From: Candidatus Thorarchaeota archaeon
GTDB taxonomy: Archaea; Asgardarchaeota; Heimdallarchaeia; Hodarchaeales; Hodarchaeaceae
Direction of reading: 5' to 3'
NCBI GenBank assembly: GCA_048882505.1
Contig: JBHLRO010000008.1
Location: 60,001 to 92,000, forward strand
Length of the DNA stretch: 32,000 bases
Position 1 is the stretch's first letter; each line of letters begins with the position of its first letter. Positions 9,623 to 18,537 of this stretch are shown here, one piece after another. A model generated the notes under the pieces. It was given only the letters and a program-made list of their open reading frames with translations. It was not told the DNA's origin and did no database searches. Both the position numbers and the translations under genes were made by a program.

Positions 9623-10180
9623 TTAATTTTCCGCCAATAAGTAGGTCGTAAACTTTTTCCGAAATTTCATAACCTTCGGAGCGATAACCATTTGGCAATA
9701 TCCTTGGTACGGGTTTTTTTGATAGTATTTCTGATGATAATCTTCTGCTTGGTAGAATTGTTTTAATGGGCTAATTTCAGTGACAATGGTATCTGGCCAA
9801 ATTTTAGAATCAGTAAGATCCTTGATTACCTGTTCACTGATTTCTTTTTGTTCGGGATTATGGTAAAATATACTTGAGCGATACTGCGTTCCGACGTCCG
9901 CCCCTTGACGATTAAGCTGAGTGGGATTATGAACCGAGAAAAAAATTTCAAGGATTTCTCTAAATGAAATTATTTTGGGGTCAAAAGCAATCTGAACAAC
10001 TTCCGCATGACCCGTTGTGCCCGAGCAAACTTCCTCATAAGTGGCTTCTGTATCCCCGCCAGAATACCCCGAAATCGCTTGTTTCACTCCTCTAACTTCT
10101 GCAAATACAGCTTCGATACACCAAAAGCACCCACCACCAAGCGTCGCTTTTTCAAGTCCTTCCGATGTTTTCATTATCAT
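9623..10180 (-). CDS. msrA: Peptide-methionine (S)-S-oxide reductase MsrA; start probably 10180 or 10174
   Basis: GGGCFWC active site, YEEVCSGTTGHAEVVQI, RQGADVGTQYRS, AEDYHQKY and resolving GYC. The GGAG SD lies inside the first codons of the ORF-track start, which favours the downstream ATGs. Confidence 0.97.
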   Translation of the reverse strand: MIMKTSEGLEKATLGGGCFWCIEAVFAEVRGVKQAISGYSGGDTEATYEEVCSGTTGHAEVVQIAFDPKIISFREILEIFFSVHNPTQLNRQGADVGTQYRSSIFYHNPEQKEISEQVIKDLTDSKIWPDTIVTEISPLKQFYQAEDYHQKYYQKNPYQGYCQMVIAPKVMKFRKKFTTYLLAEN

Positions 10181-10477
10181 TTCTCCTTTCATTAAAGCAT
10201 TTCACTAAAAAGATGTCCGAAATAGCAAATGTACTTCGAGATTATGGTTTTTTTGAAACGAAATCCCAAATGTAAATGATAATTGATTTTCTACCTGTCA
10301 CGGTACCAACAATCTTGTCTTTTGCTACCTTTTTGGAAGAACCGAAATAAAGAAAGAGAAAGGTGTTAGGTATACTAAAAATATTTGAGTGCCTGTCATC
10401 ATCCATCGTGAGGATTGGCCTAGACTGGAAGGGGCGGATCTACAGATCTGATTTGGATTAAAAAAAACCATGGCCTT

Positions 10478-12130
10478 TTGGATTGGGCAGCAACCCAAGT
10501 CCTTTTATACCAAGGCGTCGAAAACAACTTGGCTTTTAACGAGTTACAAATTGTGAACCTAATGATACGTCCATCTGATGAAGTTAAACCTGGGAATAGA
10601 TACTGTTTTCAAGCTATCAAAACCACCGTGTGGCCTAAGCAAACTGTGGCTTTAAATCCTATATCAGGCCTATTTACTGGTAAATTCAAGAACCCTACAT
10701 TACAATTGGTAGCGGGCACCGATGTTCAAGCTCCCAATGTATTTTCGGATCGCATTATTCTCTCTTCAATGGTGCCAGCTGATCAAATATGGTTATCGGA
10801 GGAGTACTTGGAGGATCTAGGTGTTTCTGAAGGATCACCGATATACGCCTTTCCCATGAGTCGCACCCCGACCGATTCATATATGATTTTGCGAAAAAGA
10901 ATGGTGACGAAACGTCAGTTTAAACCTGGAGAAATAACTCAATTAGTAAGCGATATTGCAAGTCACAGATTTTCAGACCTAGAAAAGGCATCGTTTGTCC
11001 TGTCTCAACTTTTCGATCCGTTTAACATGGACGAGATTGAAGAATTAACCCGTGCCATGGCACAAACTGGAGAAATCATAGATTTTGGCCAGGATACGGT
11101 CTTCGATAAACATTCGACTGGGGGTATTCCAGGAAATAAGGTATCTCTTCTCATTGTTCCCATAGTGGCTGCAGCAGGACTGTTGATACCGAAAACCAGT
11201 AGCCGAGCGATTACTAGCCCGAGTGGCACCGCGGATACAATGGAGGCACTAGGTTGTAATGTAACGTTCACCTCAGAAGAGCTTGTTGAGATTTCACGTA
11301 AGATCCGTGGAATGATCGTTTGGGGTGGAGGATTTAAACTGGCACCCGTTGATGATATATTGATCAAAGATGTAGAGTTTCCACTCGGTGTCAATCCGAC
11401 TCCGATGATGTTGGCGAGTATCATGTCCAAAAAGCTCGCAACTGGAATACATTTTCTCGCAATGGATATCCCAACTGGATTTGGGGCCAAGATAGGAGAC
11501 ATGGGTACGGCCCAAGCCTTGGGTCGAGAATTCGCAGAATTAGGCAGGCGCCTTGGTATAAGGGTTGAAAGCGGGATCACGTTTGGAGGGAACCCTGTCG
11601 GTCATGCAGTTGGCCCGGCGCTTGAAGCGAGAGAGGCTCTCTTGGCTTTGAAAGAGCCTGCCCGATCTCCTTCAAGCTTGGTTGAAAAATCAAGCGAAAT
11701 AGCGGGTATATTGTTAGAAATGGCAGGAAAGGCCCTCCGAGGACAGGGACGTGAGCTGGCAAAAGCAATCCTAAACAATGGCCAGGCGTATGCGAAATTC
11801 CAAGAAATTATGGAGGCACAAGGAGGTAATAAGAACCTTGAACCTAGTGATATTCCTATAGGAGCTTATTCATGTGAAATTGCTGCGCCTAGCTCAGGTT
11901 GGATAGTCCATATAGACAACGCAAAGATTTCCGAGATCGCTAAGACCGCGGGATGTCCCCGTGATCATGGAGCTGGTCTTGAGTTTATTAAAAAGAAAGA
12001 TGCGGTTAGACAGGGCGAACCAATGCTGCGGATATGGAGTAATTCTGAGAAACGTCTAACAGCAGCCGAGGGGAAGTTTGCCAAACTAGCTCCGCTCACG
12101 ATCGAAGGTATGCTCCTTGGCCGAATCTAA
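10478..12130 (+). CDS. AMP phosphorylase / thymidine phosphorylase family, paralog 1, with extended N-terminus (start uncertain)
   Basis: DKHSTGGIPGNK, PKTSSRAITSPSGTADTME, ASIMSKKLA, MDIPTGFGAK, VGHAVGPALEAREAL and a C-terminal AGCPRDHGAG..KK..AV..GEP domain. QIWLSEEYLEDLGVSEGSPI resembles the N-terminal barrel of archaeal AMP phosphorylases. Confidence 0.92.
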   Translation: MDWAATQVLLYQGVENNLAFNELQIVNLMIRPSDEVKPGNRYCFQAIKTTVWPKQTVALNPISGLFTGKFKNPTLQLVAGTDVQAPNVFSDRIILSSMVPADQIWLSEEYLEDLGVSEGSPIYAFPMSRTPTDSYMILRKRMVTKRQFKPGEITQLVSDIASHRFSDLEKASFVLSQLFDPFNMDEIEELTRAMAQTGEIIDFGQDTVFDKHSTGGIPGNKVSLLIVPIVAAAGLLIPKTSSRAITSPSGTADTMEALGCNVTFTSEELVEISRKIRGMIVWGGGFKLAPVDDILIKDVEFPLGVNPTPMMLASIMSKKLATGIHFLAMDIPTGFGAKIGDMGTAQALGREFAELGRRLGIRVESGITFGGNPVGHAVGPALEAREALLALKEPARSPSSLVEKSSEIAGILLEMAGKALRGQGRELAKAILNNGQAYAKFQEIMEAQGGNKNLEPSDIPIGAYSCEIAAPSSGWIVHIDNAKISEIAKTAGCPRDHGAGLEFIKKKDAVRQGEPMLRIWSNSEKRLTAAEGKFAKLAPLTIEGMLLGRI

Positions 12131-12497
12131 TAATCCATATGTCTCTGGAATTTTTAATCAATTTTGGTTCAGACTAGAAGTCCTCGAAAGACGAATAATC
12201 GTCACTGTTTTAGCTTAAATCCGTTGTAGGATAAGGTGTAAAAAGACGAGAAAGAGGGAAGAAAATCCTCAGATCTCACATTCAAACTAACGCTCATCAA
12301 CGTAGCAGGACCTATTTTCTTTTTCTACCCACGATTATGGTTATCAATACCATCATAGGAATATTAACACTCCAGCCTGGCGTATTATGCGGGGGAGTAC
12401 TTTTTCAAATATATTGTTGTAAACTATTAACCCTTTTAATGTGGAAAATATATTGGGCCTAGCTGATCCTTTCGTATGGTTTGCTCCGCTTTCAGTT

Positions 12498-12515
12498 TAG
12501 CAAACCAATTTGCTA
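12498..12515. promoter_or_regulatory. Inverted repeat TAGCAAA-CCAA-TTTGCTA upstream of the small ORF at 12621
   Basis: 7-bp perfect arms with a 4-nt spacer, read directly. A regulatory role is inference. Confidence 0.3.
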
Positions 12516-12620
12516 TTTGGATTACCCATTTTGTTAGTGACCTCTCCTGAAGTACTGGTAATCCCGCCCGCTCACGTATTTCCAGCTAAAGTTTTATATC
12601 AAAACTAGACGAAGGAGACT

Positions 12621-12803
12621 TTGGGCCGAAAACGCCACCCCGATTCCAAATATTGGACGATAAAACCCGATTCAAGGCTTATATGGACTCTCTCCCATCT
12701 GACCTCAAAGAGGAACGAAAAACTAAGATTTAAAATAACTGTACTTTCTAGTTATTTAGCCAAAAACTACCAAACAAGATTTAAAGAAATTATTTTAGCA
12801 TAG
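12621..12803 (+). CDS. Small basic protein, possible ribbon-helix-helix DNA-binding fold, 60 aa
   Basis: GAAGGAG SD-like motif immediately before the TTG. Pattern WTIKPD (strand), SRLIWTLSHLT (helix), KRN, KLRFKITVLSSYL (helix). Confidence 0.5.
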   Translation: MGRKRHPDSKYWTIKPDSRLIWTLSHLTSKRNEKLRFKITVLSSYLAKNYQTRFKEIILA

Positions 12804-12853
12804 ATATGAATCTAGAGATTTATTATGTAAAGCCACACCTACTATCATTAGAC

Positions 12854-13612
12854 TTAATTGGAGTTTGTCTTCTTTTTCTCTTCAATCTCGCCAATGAGTC
12901 GTTTTGCTTCGGTAAGATGCGAATTAATCATGGCCCGATCATAGGAGGACTCAGGAGAGGCAAGTAATTGCATCACTCCAGTGGTTCGATAGTTCTTCAT
13001 TCGCAGTGCGTCCAGTAACTCACGATCGATAGAGGGGCACAGGAAAGAAAAGTGAATAATATGATCAAAGCACAGCACATAACGTTTCCATAAATCTGAA
13101 CCCTCTTCTAATCGATTTATGACGGATATACGTAATTCACGCCAATTCTTCTCGATTTCATCTTTTGCACGATCAATCAGTTGTAAAATTTGTATTTCCT
13201 CGCGAAAAGAAGTCCGAAACGAGGATATAACCGCAAGGGGGTAGTATGGGATGTCTTTAGCAAAATCATAATAATCTCTAAGAGTAGATTGACCCCATTG
13301 AAATGGTAGAAGGACATAAATACCTCTTATAATTACAACTACATCCTTGGTTTGATCGTCCTCCGCCCATAATGTGAATAATCGGGCACTACGTTCATCA
13401 ACGTCAGGAATTTCTGGTCCCCAAGGATGGACATTGGTGAAATCAAGTTGAATTGGGCCTAAATCCTCTATTAATGTTATACTGTCTATTTCTAGACCTG
13501 AATAATATCGATTGATCACCGCTTCCATCTCAAACCTAAAAACCCTCTCAATATCAATATGGTGAATTCGTCCGTTATAGAATGTAAGGTTTCTGAGTGT
13601 ACTTACTGTCAC
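12854..13612 (-). CDS. Hypothetical protein, possibly a divergent GNAT-like fold; probable start GTG 13612
   Basis: Long ORF with alternating strand/helix pattern (LFTLWAED, VVVIIRGIYV, LAVISSF, HFSFLCPSIDRELLDALRMKNYRTTG). An AAGGAAG motif precedes GTG 13612. No canonical acetyl-CoA binding loop seen. Confidence 0.55.
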   Translation of the reverse strand: MTVSTLRNLTFYNGRIHHIDIERVFRFEMEAVINRYYSGLEIDSITLIEDLGPIQLDFTNVHPWGPEIPDVDERSARLFTLWAEDDQTKDVVVIIRGIYVLLPFQWGQSTLRDYYDFAKDIPYYPLAVISSFRTSFREEIQILQLIDRAKDEIEKNWRELRISVINRLEEGSDLWKRYVLCFDHIIHFSFLCPSIDRELLDALRMKNYRTTGVMQLLASPESSYDRAMINSHLTEAKRLIGEIEEKKKTNSN

Positions 13613-13983
13613 CGTGTTATCTTCCTTGTTTGTAGTAATTTTGACACTTAAGTAGAAAATGATCCCAATATGATAGCATGCATAGATAGATAATCTACCC
13701 ATGGATTTCTTTGTTACAATTCCAGAATGTTTAGGTATGTATCTCGAACTTTAACAAAACTAAGGGTCATTCTCCAATCATATCCAGTTAAGAGGATTTT
13801 TTATCTCTTTTTACCAGAAAGAATCTTCTATGAGATCCTTTTTCTCACTTTTACAATTAAAACATTTGTGAACAGCATTCATTAAGAAAAAAACTCTTTA
13901 TCGGGCCAATTCTTAGAAAAGATACCCATTTATCGAATTCTCGGAACAGGGTTGTACCACCGACCTGTTGGTGATAGAACACA

Positions 13984-15243
13984 TTGAATGCAGTAGAGCG
14001 CCTAATTAGCGAGAAAGTCAAAGATGGCCGAGAATTTTCTAAAGATGACCTTGACAAGATTACAACGGGGTTTATGAAAGAAATAATATCGCCTCAACAT
14101 AGTTCCGCCTTCATTCTTAGTCAACACTATTCAAAATGGAAGCTAGATGAAATTGAGGCCATGGCACGGTCTTTTGCAGAAAGTGGTCAAATTCTAGACT
14201 TTGAACTTCCTTGCTATTCAAAACATAGTGTAGGGGGGGTCCCAGGTAATAAAATAACCTTGTTAATCGTTCCAATACTTGCAGCCGCAGGGTTACTTGC
14301 ACCAAAGACGTCCACCCACGCCATTACCTCAGCAAGTGGTACTGCAGATACCATGAACGTTCTTGCCCCGATTGAATTTAATCCAGACGAGGTCATTGAC
14401 CTAGTTAAACGAACTAAAGGATGTATTGTCTCGGGAGACCGAATGGGAATTGCCCCTGTTGTCGATAAAATCATCAAGAGTTCTGCATTCCAATTGGGAA
14501 TTGATCCCGAAAGTCTGTTCATGGCTGGGATTTTGGCAAAAAAGATCGCAATGGGCGTTCAATTTATGGTTTTGGATGTTCCAATAGGCACCGACAAAGT
14601 AGCCACGGAAGAGAGCGGAAGAGCCTTAGGAAGAAAGTTTGTAGATATTGCTGGTCGGCTAAATATCAAAGCTGAAGCTGGCCTCACCTACGCCCGTGTT
14701 CCTGTGGGCCATACAATCGGTCCATTACTGGAAGCCGCAGAAGCTCTTTCTGCCTTGGAGGGTCGGGGTCCAACTTCATTGGTTGAAAAAAGCTGCGAAC
14801 TGGCAGGAATTGTCTTCGAGTTGGCAGGTTTGACTCCACGTGGATTAGGGAAGGATTACGCCTCCGATCTACTCAAATCAGGCAAAGCGTTGGATAAAAT
14901 GCGGGAGATTATTGAAAACCAAGGAGGGAATCCTGATATTACTCCAGAAATGCTTAGAGAACGATTACAAGATAGGCCAGTACTCAAGTTTAGAGCGCCG
15001 TCAGATGGGTGGCCCGTAGCATGGTCCAACTATGCCCTTCAGGAAATTGCCCGAACCGCTGGTGCTCCAGCAGATCCACTAGCTGGTATAGAGATATGTG
15101 TTAAAAAGGAGTCGGTGAAAAAAGGAGAGGAAGTCTTTCGTGTGTATGGCAGTTCTAGTAAGTCTCTTGACGAAGTTCAAGGAATGATTGCCAAGATGAG
15201 GCCAGTGACAATTGAGAGTGTCCTGCTTGAACGTGTTGGTTAA
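13984..15243 (+). CDS. AMP phosphorylase / thymidine phosphorylase family, paralog 2, lacking the N-terminal barrel domain, 419 aa
   Basis: SKHSVGGVPGNK, PKTSTHAITSASGTADTMN, GILAKKIA, LDVPIG and VGHTIGPLLEAAEAL. GGTGAT SD 8 nt before TTG 13984 and an in-frame TAG at 13975 support the short start. Confidence 0.9.
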   Translation: MNAVERLISEKVKDGREFSKDDLDKITTGFMKEIISPQHSSAFILSQHYSKWKLDEIEAMARSFAESGQILDFELPCYSKHSVGGVPGNKITLLIVPILAAAGLLAPKTSTHAITSASGTADTMNVLAPIEFNPDEVIDLVKRTKGCIVSGDRMGIAPVVDKIIKSSAFQLGIDPESLFMAGILAKKIAMGVQFMVLDVPIGTDKVATEESGRALGRKFVDIAGRLNIKAEAGLTYARVPVGHTIGPLLEAAEALSALEGRGPTSLVEKSCELAGIVFELAGLTPRGLGKDYASDLLKSGKALDKMREIIENQGGNPDITPEMLRERLQDRPVLKFRAPSDGWPVAWSNYALQEIARTAGAPADPLAGIEICVKKESVKKGEEVFRVYGSSSKSLDEVQGMIAKMRPVTIESVLLERVG

Positions 15244-15548
15244 TGATCCCTACCAGGATATAAGAATGAACTAACTCGATTCTGCATAGTCCTTTAGATG
15301 GCTGGTGGGAATTTCAATTCACGAATAGTTCAGATTCTCTTTTCCGTGTACTCGGATGCACTGTCAAAAATATGTGTACGAAAGTCAAGGAGTCTGAATT
15401 TATTCTAAAAACTCCAATAGAGGGAGAACCTTAGACTTGGTGAGGAATATGTACTTGTATTCTCAAAATAATTGTTAAACTAGATAGAAAATCGGCCTGG
15501 GTTGAACTACGGATTAATAGATTTTTGGCATAGAGAGATGGCAGTCCC

Positions 15549-15938
15549 TCAGATCATCGCTGACAGCTTATTTGCAGCACGTTTCATATCTAGTAATACT
15601 AAACCTAACTTAGCATCCACTCGGGCGATACCTACTAGTACGGCATGTTCTCCTGCATCTCGGATAATAACCAAACCATTAGATCCCGTTATAATTACTT
15701 GTTCCATTGCTCCCCTTTCTAACTCTATAACTACTCGTTCTGAGAGTGACAAGCTTGCTGCAGTCATGGCTGAGATTCGATCTTCATCTGTAGACGTGTA
15801 TAAAGCGCTGGCGATCGGTAACCCGTCTCGTGTAACAACGGCCAGTCCTTCCAGATCTGGAATACGTGATTGAACATCTTTGAGAATACGTTCAATCTCT
15901 TGGAGTCTATCCATTATTTCAGCGTCGTCTTCGAGCAT
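15549..15938 (-). CDS. Roadblock/LC7 (MglB-like) domain protein; probable start 15938
   Basis: LEGLAVVTRDGLPIASAL...DEDRISAMTAASLSLSERVVIELERGAMEQVIITGSNGLVIIRDAGEHAVLVGIA...LGLVLLDMKRAA is a textbook Roadblock pattern. A GGTGAT SD precedes ATG 15938. Confidence 0.93.
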   Translation of the reverse strand: MLEDDAEIMDRLQEIERILKDVQSRIPDLEGLAVVTRDGLPIASALYTSTDEDRISAMTAASLSLSERVVIELERGAMEQVIITGSNGLVIIRDAGEHAVLVGIARVDAKLGLVLLDMKRAANKLSAMI

Positions 15939-16195
15939 GTAAATCACCACCCGTCTACCCCGTAAGGGGAACCCAGCCGAAAATTTTCCCTTGGGGGAAG
16001 AAAGTGGAATGTTAATTACACTTCCTCCATACTTTTTTAACAATATCCTATAATCCCCCAAATATTCAGCGAACTCTTGCCCCATAGAAGGGAAATGGAA
16101 TTCAAGAAATATTAAATACAACCCCCCATACATAACATTTACTTCCTCTTTTTAATCTGTTAACAGCTTCTCCATTATTAAACAAGATATAAACC

Positions 16196-16666
16196 ATGAC
16201 TAACCTGTTGGTGAACATCATGAAAGGATCTGAACGAGCAATTGTCTATTTCGGCACATTTGTTTTTGTTATAATCGGATATGTTATCTATCAAATTTTA
16301 AATCGGGAATTGACAACTCTACTGGCAACAGCAACCATTCCTCCTCCTTTTACACTATTCAGCGTGCTAAGCCTAGTCTACGCCATCACTTGGTGGATAT
16401 TATGCCTAGTTGTATATTTTGGTAGTACTCGTTGGCTAGAAGAAGGAGAAAAAGTTGGACTTGTGTCTTTGTTCTTCTTGATTCTCTGGATCATAGCAGG
16501 AATAGGGATTTTAATTGGAAGCATTGTCGATCTAATAATCCGGGGTGATACGGTCTCTTTCGACCTAGATGTTTTAATATTCGCGTTCATACATGGATTA
16601 GGAGAAGCGCTGGCCCCTGCTATAGCTGCGCTTTTGGGCGTTAGTAATAAATCTAGAGGTAAGTAG
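16196..16666 (+). CDS. Hypothetical membrane protein, about 4 TM, 156 aa
   Basis: Four hydrophobic stretches. Co-oriented with and 59 nt upstream of the thiolase. Confidence 0.7.
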   Translation: MTNLLVNIMKGSERAIVYFGTFVFVIIGYVIYQILNRELTTLLATATIPPPFTLFSVLSLVYAITWWILCLVVYFGSTRWLEEGEKVGLVSLFFLILWIIAGIGILIGSIVDLIIRGDTVSFDLDVLIFAFIHGLGEALAPAIAALLGVSNKSRGK

Positions 16667-16725
16667 TCTATAACCCCAAGTAAAGTCTTCGTTGTCTTTC
16701 ACTTTCATTTATCCGAGGATATTCA

Positions 16726-17916
16726 ATGACACAACTAGATGATGTAGTCATCGTATCGGCCACTCGATCGGCTATCGGAAGATATGGTGGCACATTAAGA
16801 GACGTACATGCTCCAGATCTTGCCGCTCATACCATGAGAGCAGTAATCGATCAATTAGGAATAGACCGCTTCGAAAATCTAATTGATGATGTTCGTTTCG
16901 GATGTTGCGTTGAAGATAATCGTTATATGAATGTAGGCAGAGTCGCTGCGTTAAAGGCTGGAATTCCGAAAGAAGTTCCAGCTGTAACAATAAACAGAGT
17001 ATGTACATCTGCGATGGAAGCCGTCGTATCGGGGATGCATCAAATTCAGGCTGATGACCAGACTGAAATTGTCTTAGCTGGAGGTGTCGAAAGCATGTCC
17101 ACGATCCCATATCTTTTGTATGATATGAGATGGGGCTCGCGATATTTTGATAGGAAGATAGTCGACGGAGTGATGGCCGGGCTGCAAGCTGGCGGAGATA
17201 AACTCATGGGTTTAACAGCCGAGATTCTGGCTCAGGAATTTAATTTAACCCGTGAAGAATTAGACATAATAGCTCACCGTTCTCATAAGAATGCGCTCAA
17301 CGCTACCAACAAGGGCAGGTTTGAAGCAGAGATTACCCCGATTGAAGTCCTAAAGGAAGGGAAAAAAGTCAATTTTGACAGAGACGAGCATCCCCGGGAT
17401 CTTTCATTAGAGGAGCTTGCAGCTATGCCACCAGTGTTTAAAAAGGACGGTGTCGTTACTGCTGGAAATTCTAGTGGTATAAATGATGGAGCTGCTGCAA
17501 TTATACTAATGAGTCAGACCGAAGCTGATGAACGGGGACTAAAAACGATCGCTAGAATTGAAGAATACGGAATTGGCGGAGTTTCTCCAGATCGTATGGG
17601 GATTGGACCCGTACCAGCAGTAAAAAAGTTGTTTTCTAAGGCAAAGGAAACGAAACTGGATGATGTCGAGCTTATTGAAGTGAACGAAGCATTTGCGGCA
17701 ACCTATTTAGCGACTGAACGCTCATTAGGTATAGAGCGTGAAATCTGTAATGTCAATGGGTCTGGTATCGGACTGGGTCATCCTGTTGGTGCAACAGGTA
17801 CGAGGATAATTGTTACATTAATCAACGAAATGCAGAAAAGGCGAAAAAACCTAGGCCTTGCGACTCTATGCGGCGGTGGTGGGTTGGGAATGGCTGTATT
17901 AATAAACCGTTACTGA
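16726..17916 (+). CDS. Acetyl-CoA C-acyltransferase (thiolase), 396 aa
   Basis: INRVCTSAMEA (catalytic Cys), VTAGNSSGINDGAAA, EVNEAF, GHPVGATG (His) and LCGGGGLG (second Cys). GAGG SD. Confidence 0.97.
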   Translation: MTQLDDVVIVSATRSAIGRYGGTLRDVHAPDLAAHTMRAVIDQLGIDRFENLIDDVRFGCCVEDNRYMNVGRVAALKAGIPKEVPAVTINRVCTSAMEAVVSGMHQIQADDQTEIVLAGGVESMSTIPYLLYDMRWGSRYFDRKIVDGVMAGLQAGGDKLMGLTAEILAQEFNLTREELDIIAHRSHKNALNATNKGRFEAEITPIEVLKEGKKVNFDRDEHPRDLSLEELAAMPPVFKKDGVVTAGNSSGINDGAAAIILMSQTEADERGLKTIARIEEYGIGGVSPDRMGIGPVPAVKKLFSKAKETKLDDVELIEVNEAFAATYLATERSLGIEREICNVNGSGIGLGHPVGATGTRIIVTLINEMQKRRKNLGLATLCGGGGLGMAVLINRY

Positions 17917-17954
17917 TCAAATTTATCTGAAACAGATTATCCTGACAAATAAAG

Positions 17955-18287
17955 TCAATATTCGCTATGTCTGAGATGGTCTCGTGTATGCGGAGGTACA
18001 CAGAATAGACGTTCTAAGAATCGTCTTGTTTCTTCTTGCTTCTCCTCGGGTGTCCTAGATAGATTTGCCGTTGCACTACTTGATTTTCCAGTCGTTGAAA
18101 AGCGGTTTGAATCACAACAAATGATATAACATGGATTTTCTTTAGAACATGGATCGGAGAATACTAAACTTCCGCTCGGAGCTATCCATACTTCACCTTT
18201 GCCTTGATTCTGACATTTACAGAGAAGTTGAGAGGTTTTAGGAGGCTTAATACTCTCTAACTCACGAAAAAACAATTCAAATGACAT
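17955..18287 (-). CDS. Cys-rich hypothetical protein, 110 aa
   Basis: ATG-started ORF filling the gap convergent with the thiolase. Contains CKC and C-x5-C-x3-CC clusters. Confidence 0.5.
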   Translation of the reverse strand: MSFELFFRELESIKPPKTSQLLCKCQNQGKGEVWIAPSGSLVFSDPCSKENPCYIICCDSNRFSTTGKSSSATANLSRTPEEKQEETRRFLERLFCVPPHTRDHLRHSEY

Positions 18288-18537
18288 TTATCATTCAGAT
18301 CTCCATCAGGTCTCTACTATATGGTTTAATCTCTTATCAGATTCTTTAGTTCGGGCCAGTAGTACTGAGCTGCGATTCTATATAACACTTGCCAAATGCG
18401 TATCCCTTTATAAACGTAGATAATACGATGGACAATATCTACTAGGCAAAATAGAGAAGAGGAGTGAGATCGCCATAATTAAGGAATACGGTTTTATTAC
18501 CGACATAATACATGTATTTAATGTGGTTATGATATAG

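Noticed and set aside
12131-12620. Possible tRNA or ncRNA in the ~490-nt gap after phosphorylase paralog 1
   Set aside because: I could not build a cloverleaf, T-loop (TTCRA) or box C/D pair by eye. Only a short inverted repeat was found. An Infernal/Rfam scan would be needed to exclude it formally.
10478-15243. Complete AMP-to-RuBisCO salvage cluster
   Set aside because: No ribose-1,5-bisphosphate isomerase or RuBisCO gene is in the window, so the pathway cannot be claimed from this sequence.
10007-15873. ORFs 10007-10195, 11005-11580, 11294-11515, 11577-11768, 13857-14057, 14117-14305, 14214-14522 and 15502-15873
   Set aside because: Overlap msrA, the phosphorylases or the Roadblock gene on the opposite strand, with composition typical of antisense frames.
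15939-16133. 65-aa N-terminal extension of the Roadblock ORF in the track
   Set aside because: An SD-like GGTGAT sits just before ATG 15938, and the extension has no domain-like character. It is most likely non-coding upstream sequence.
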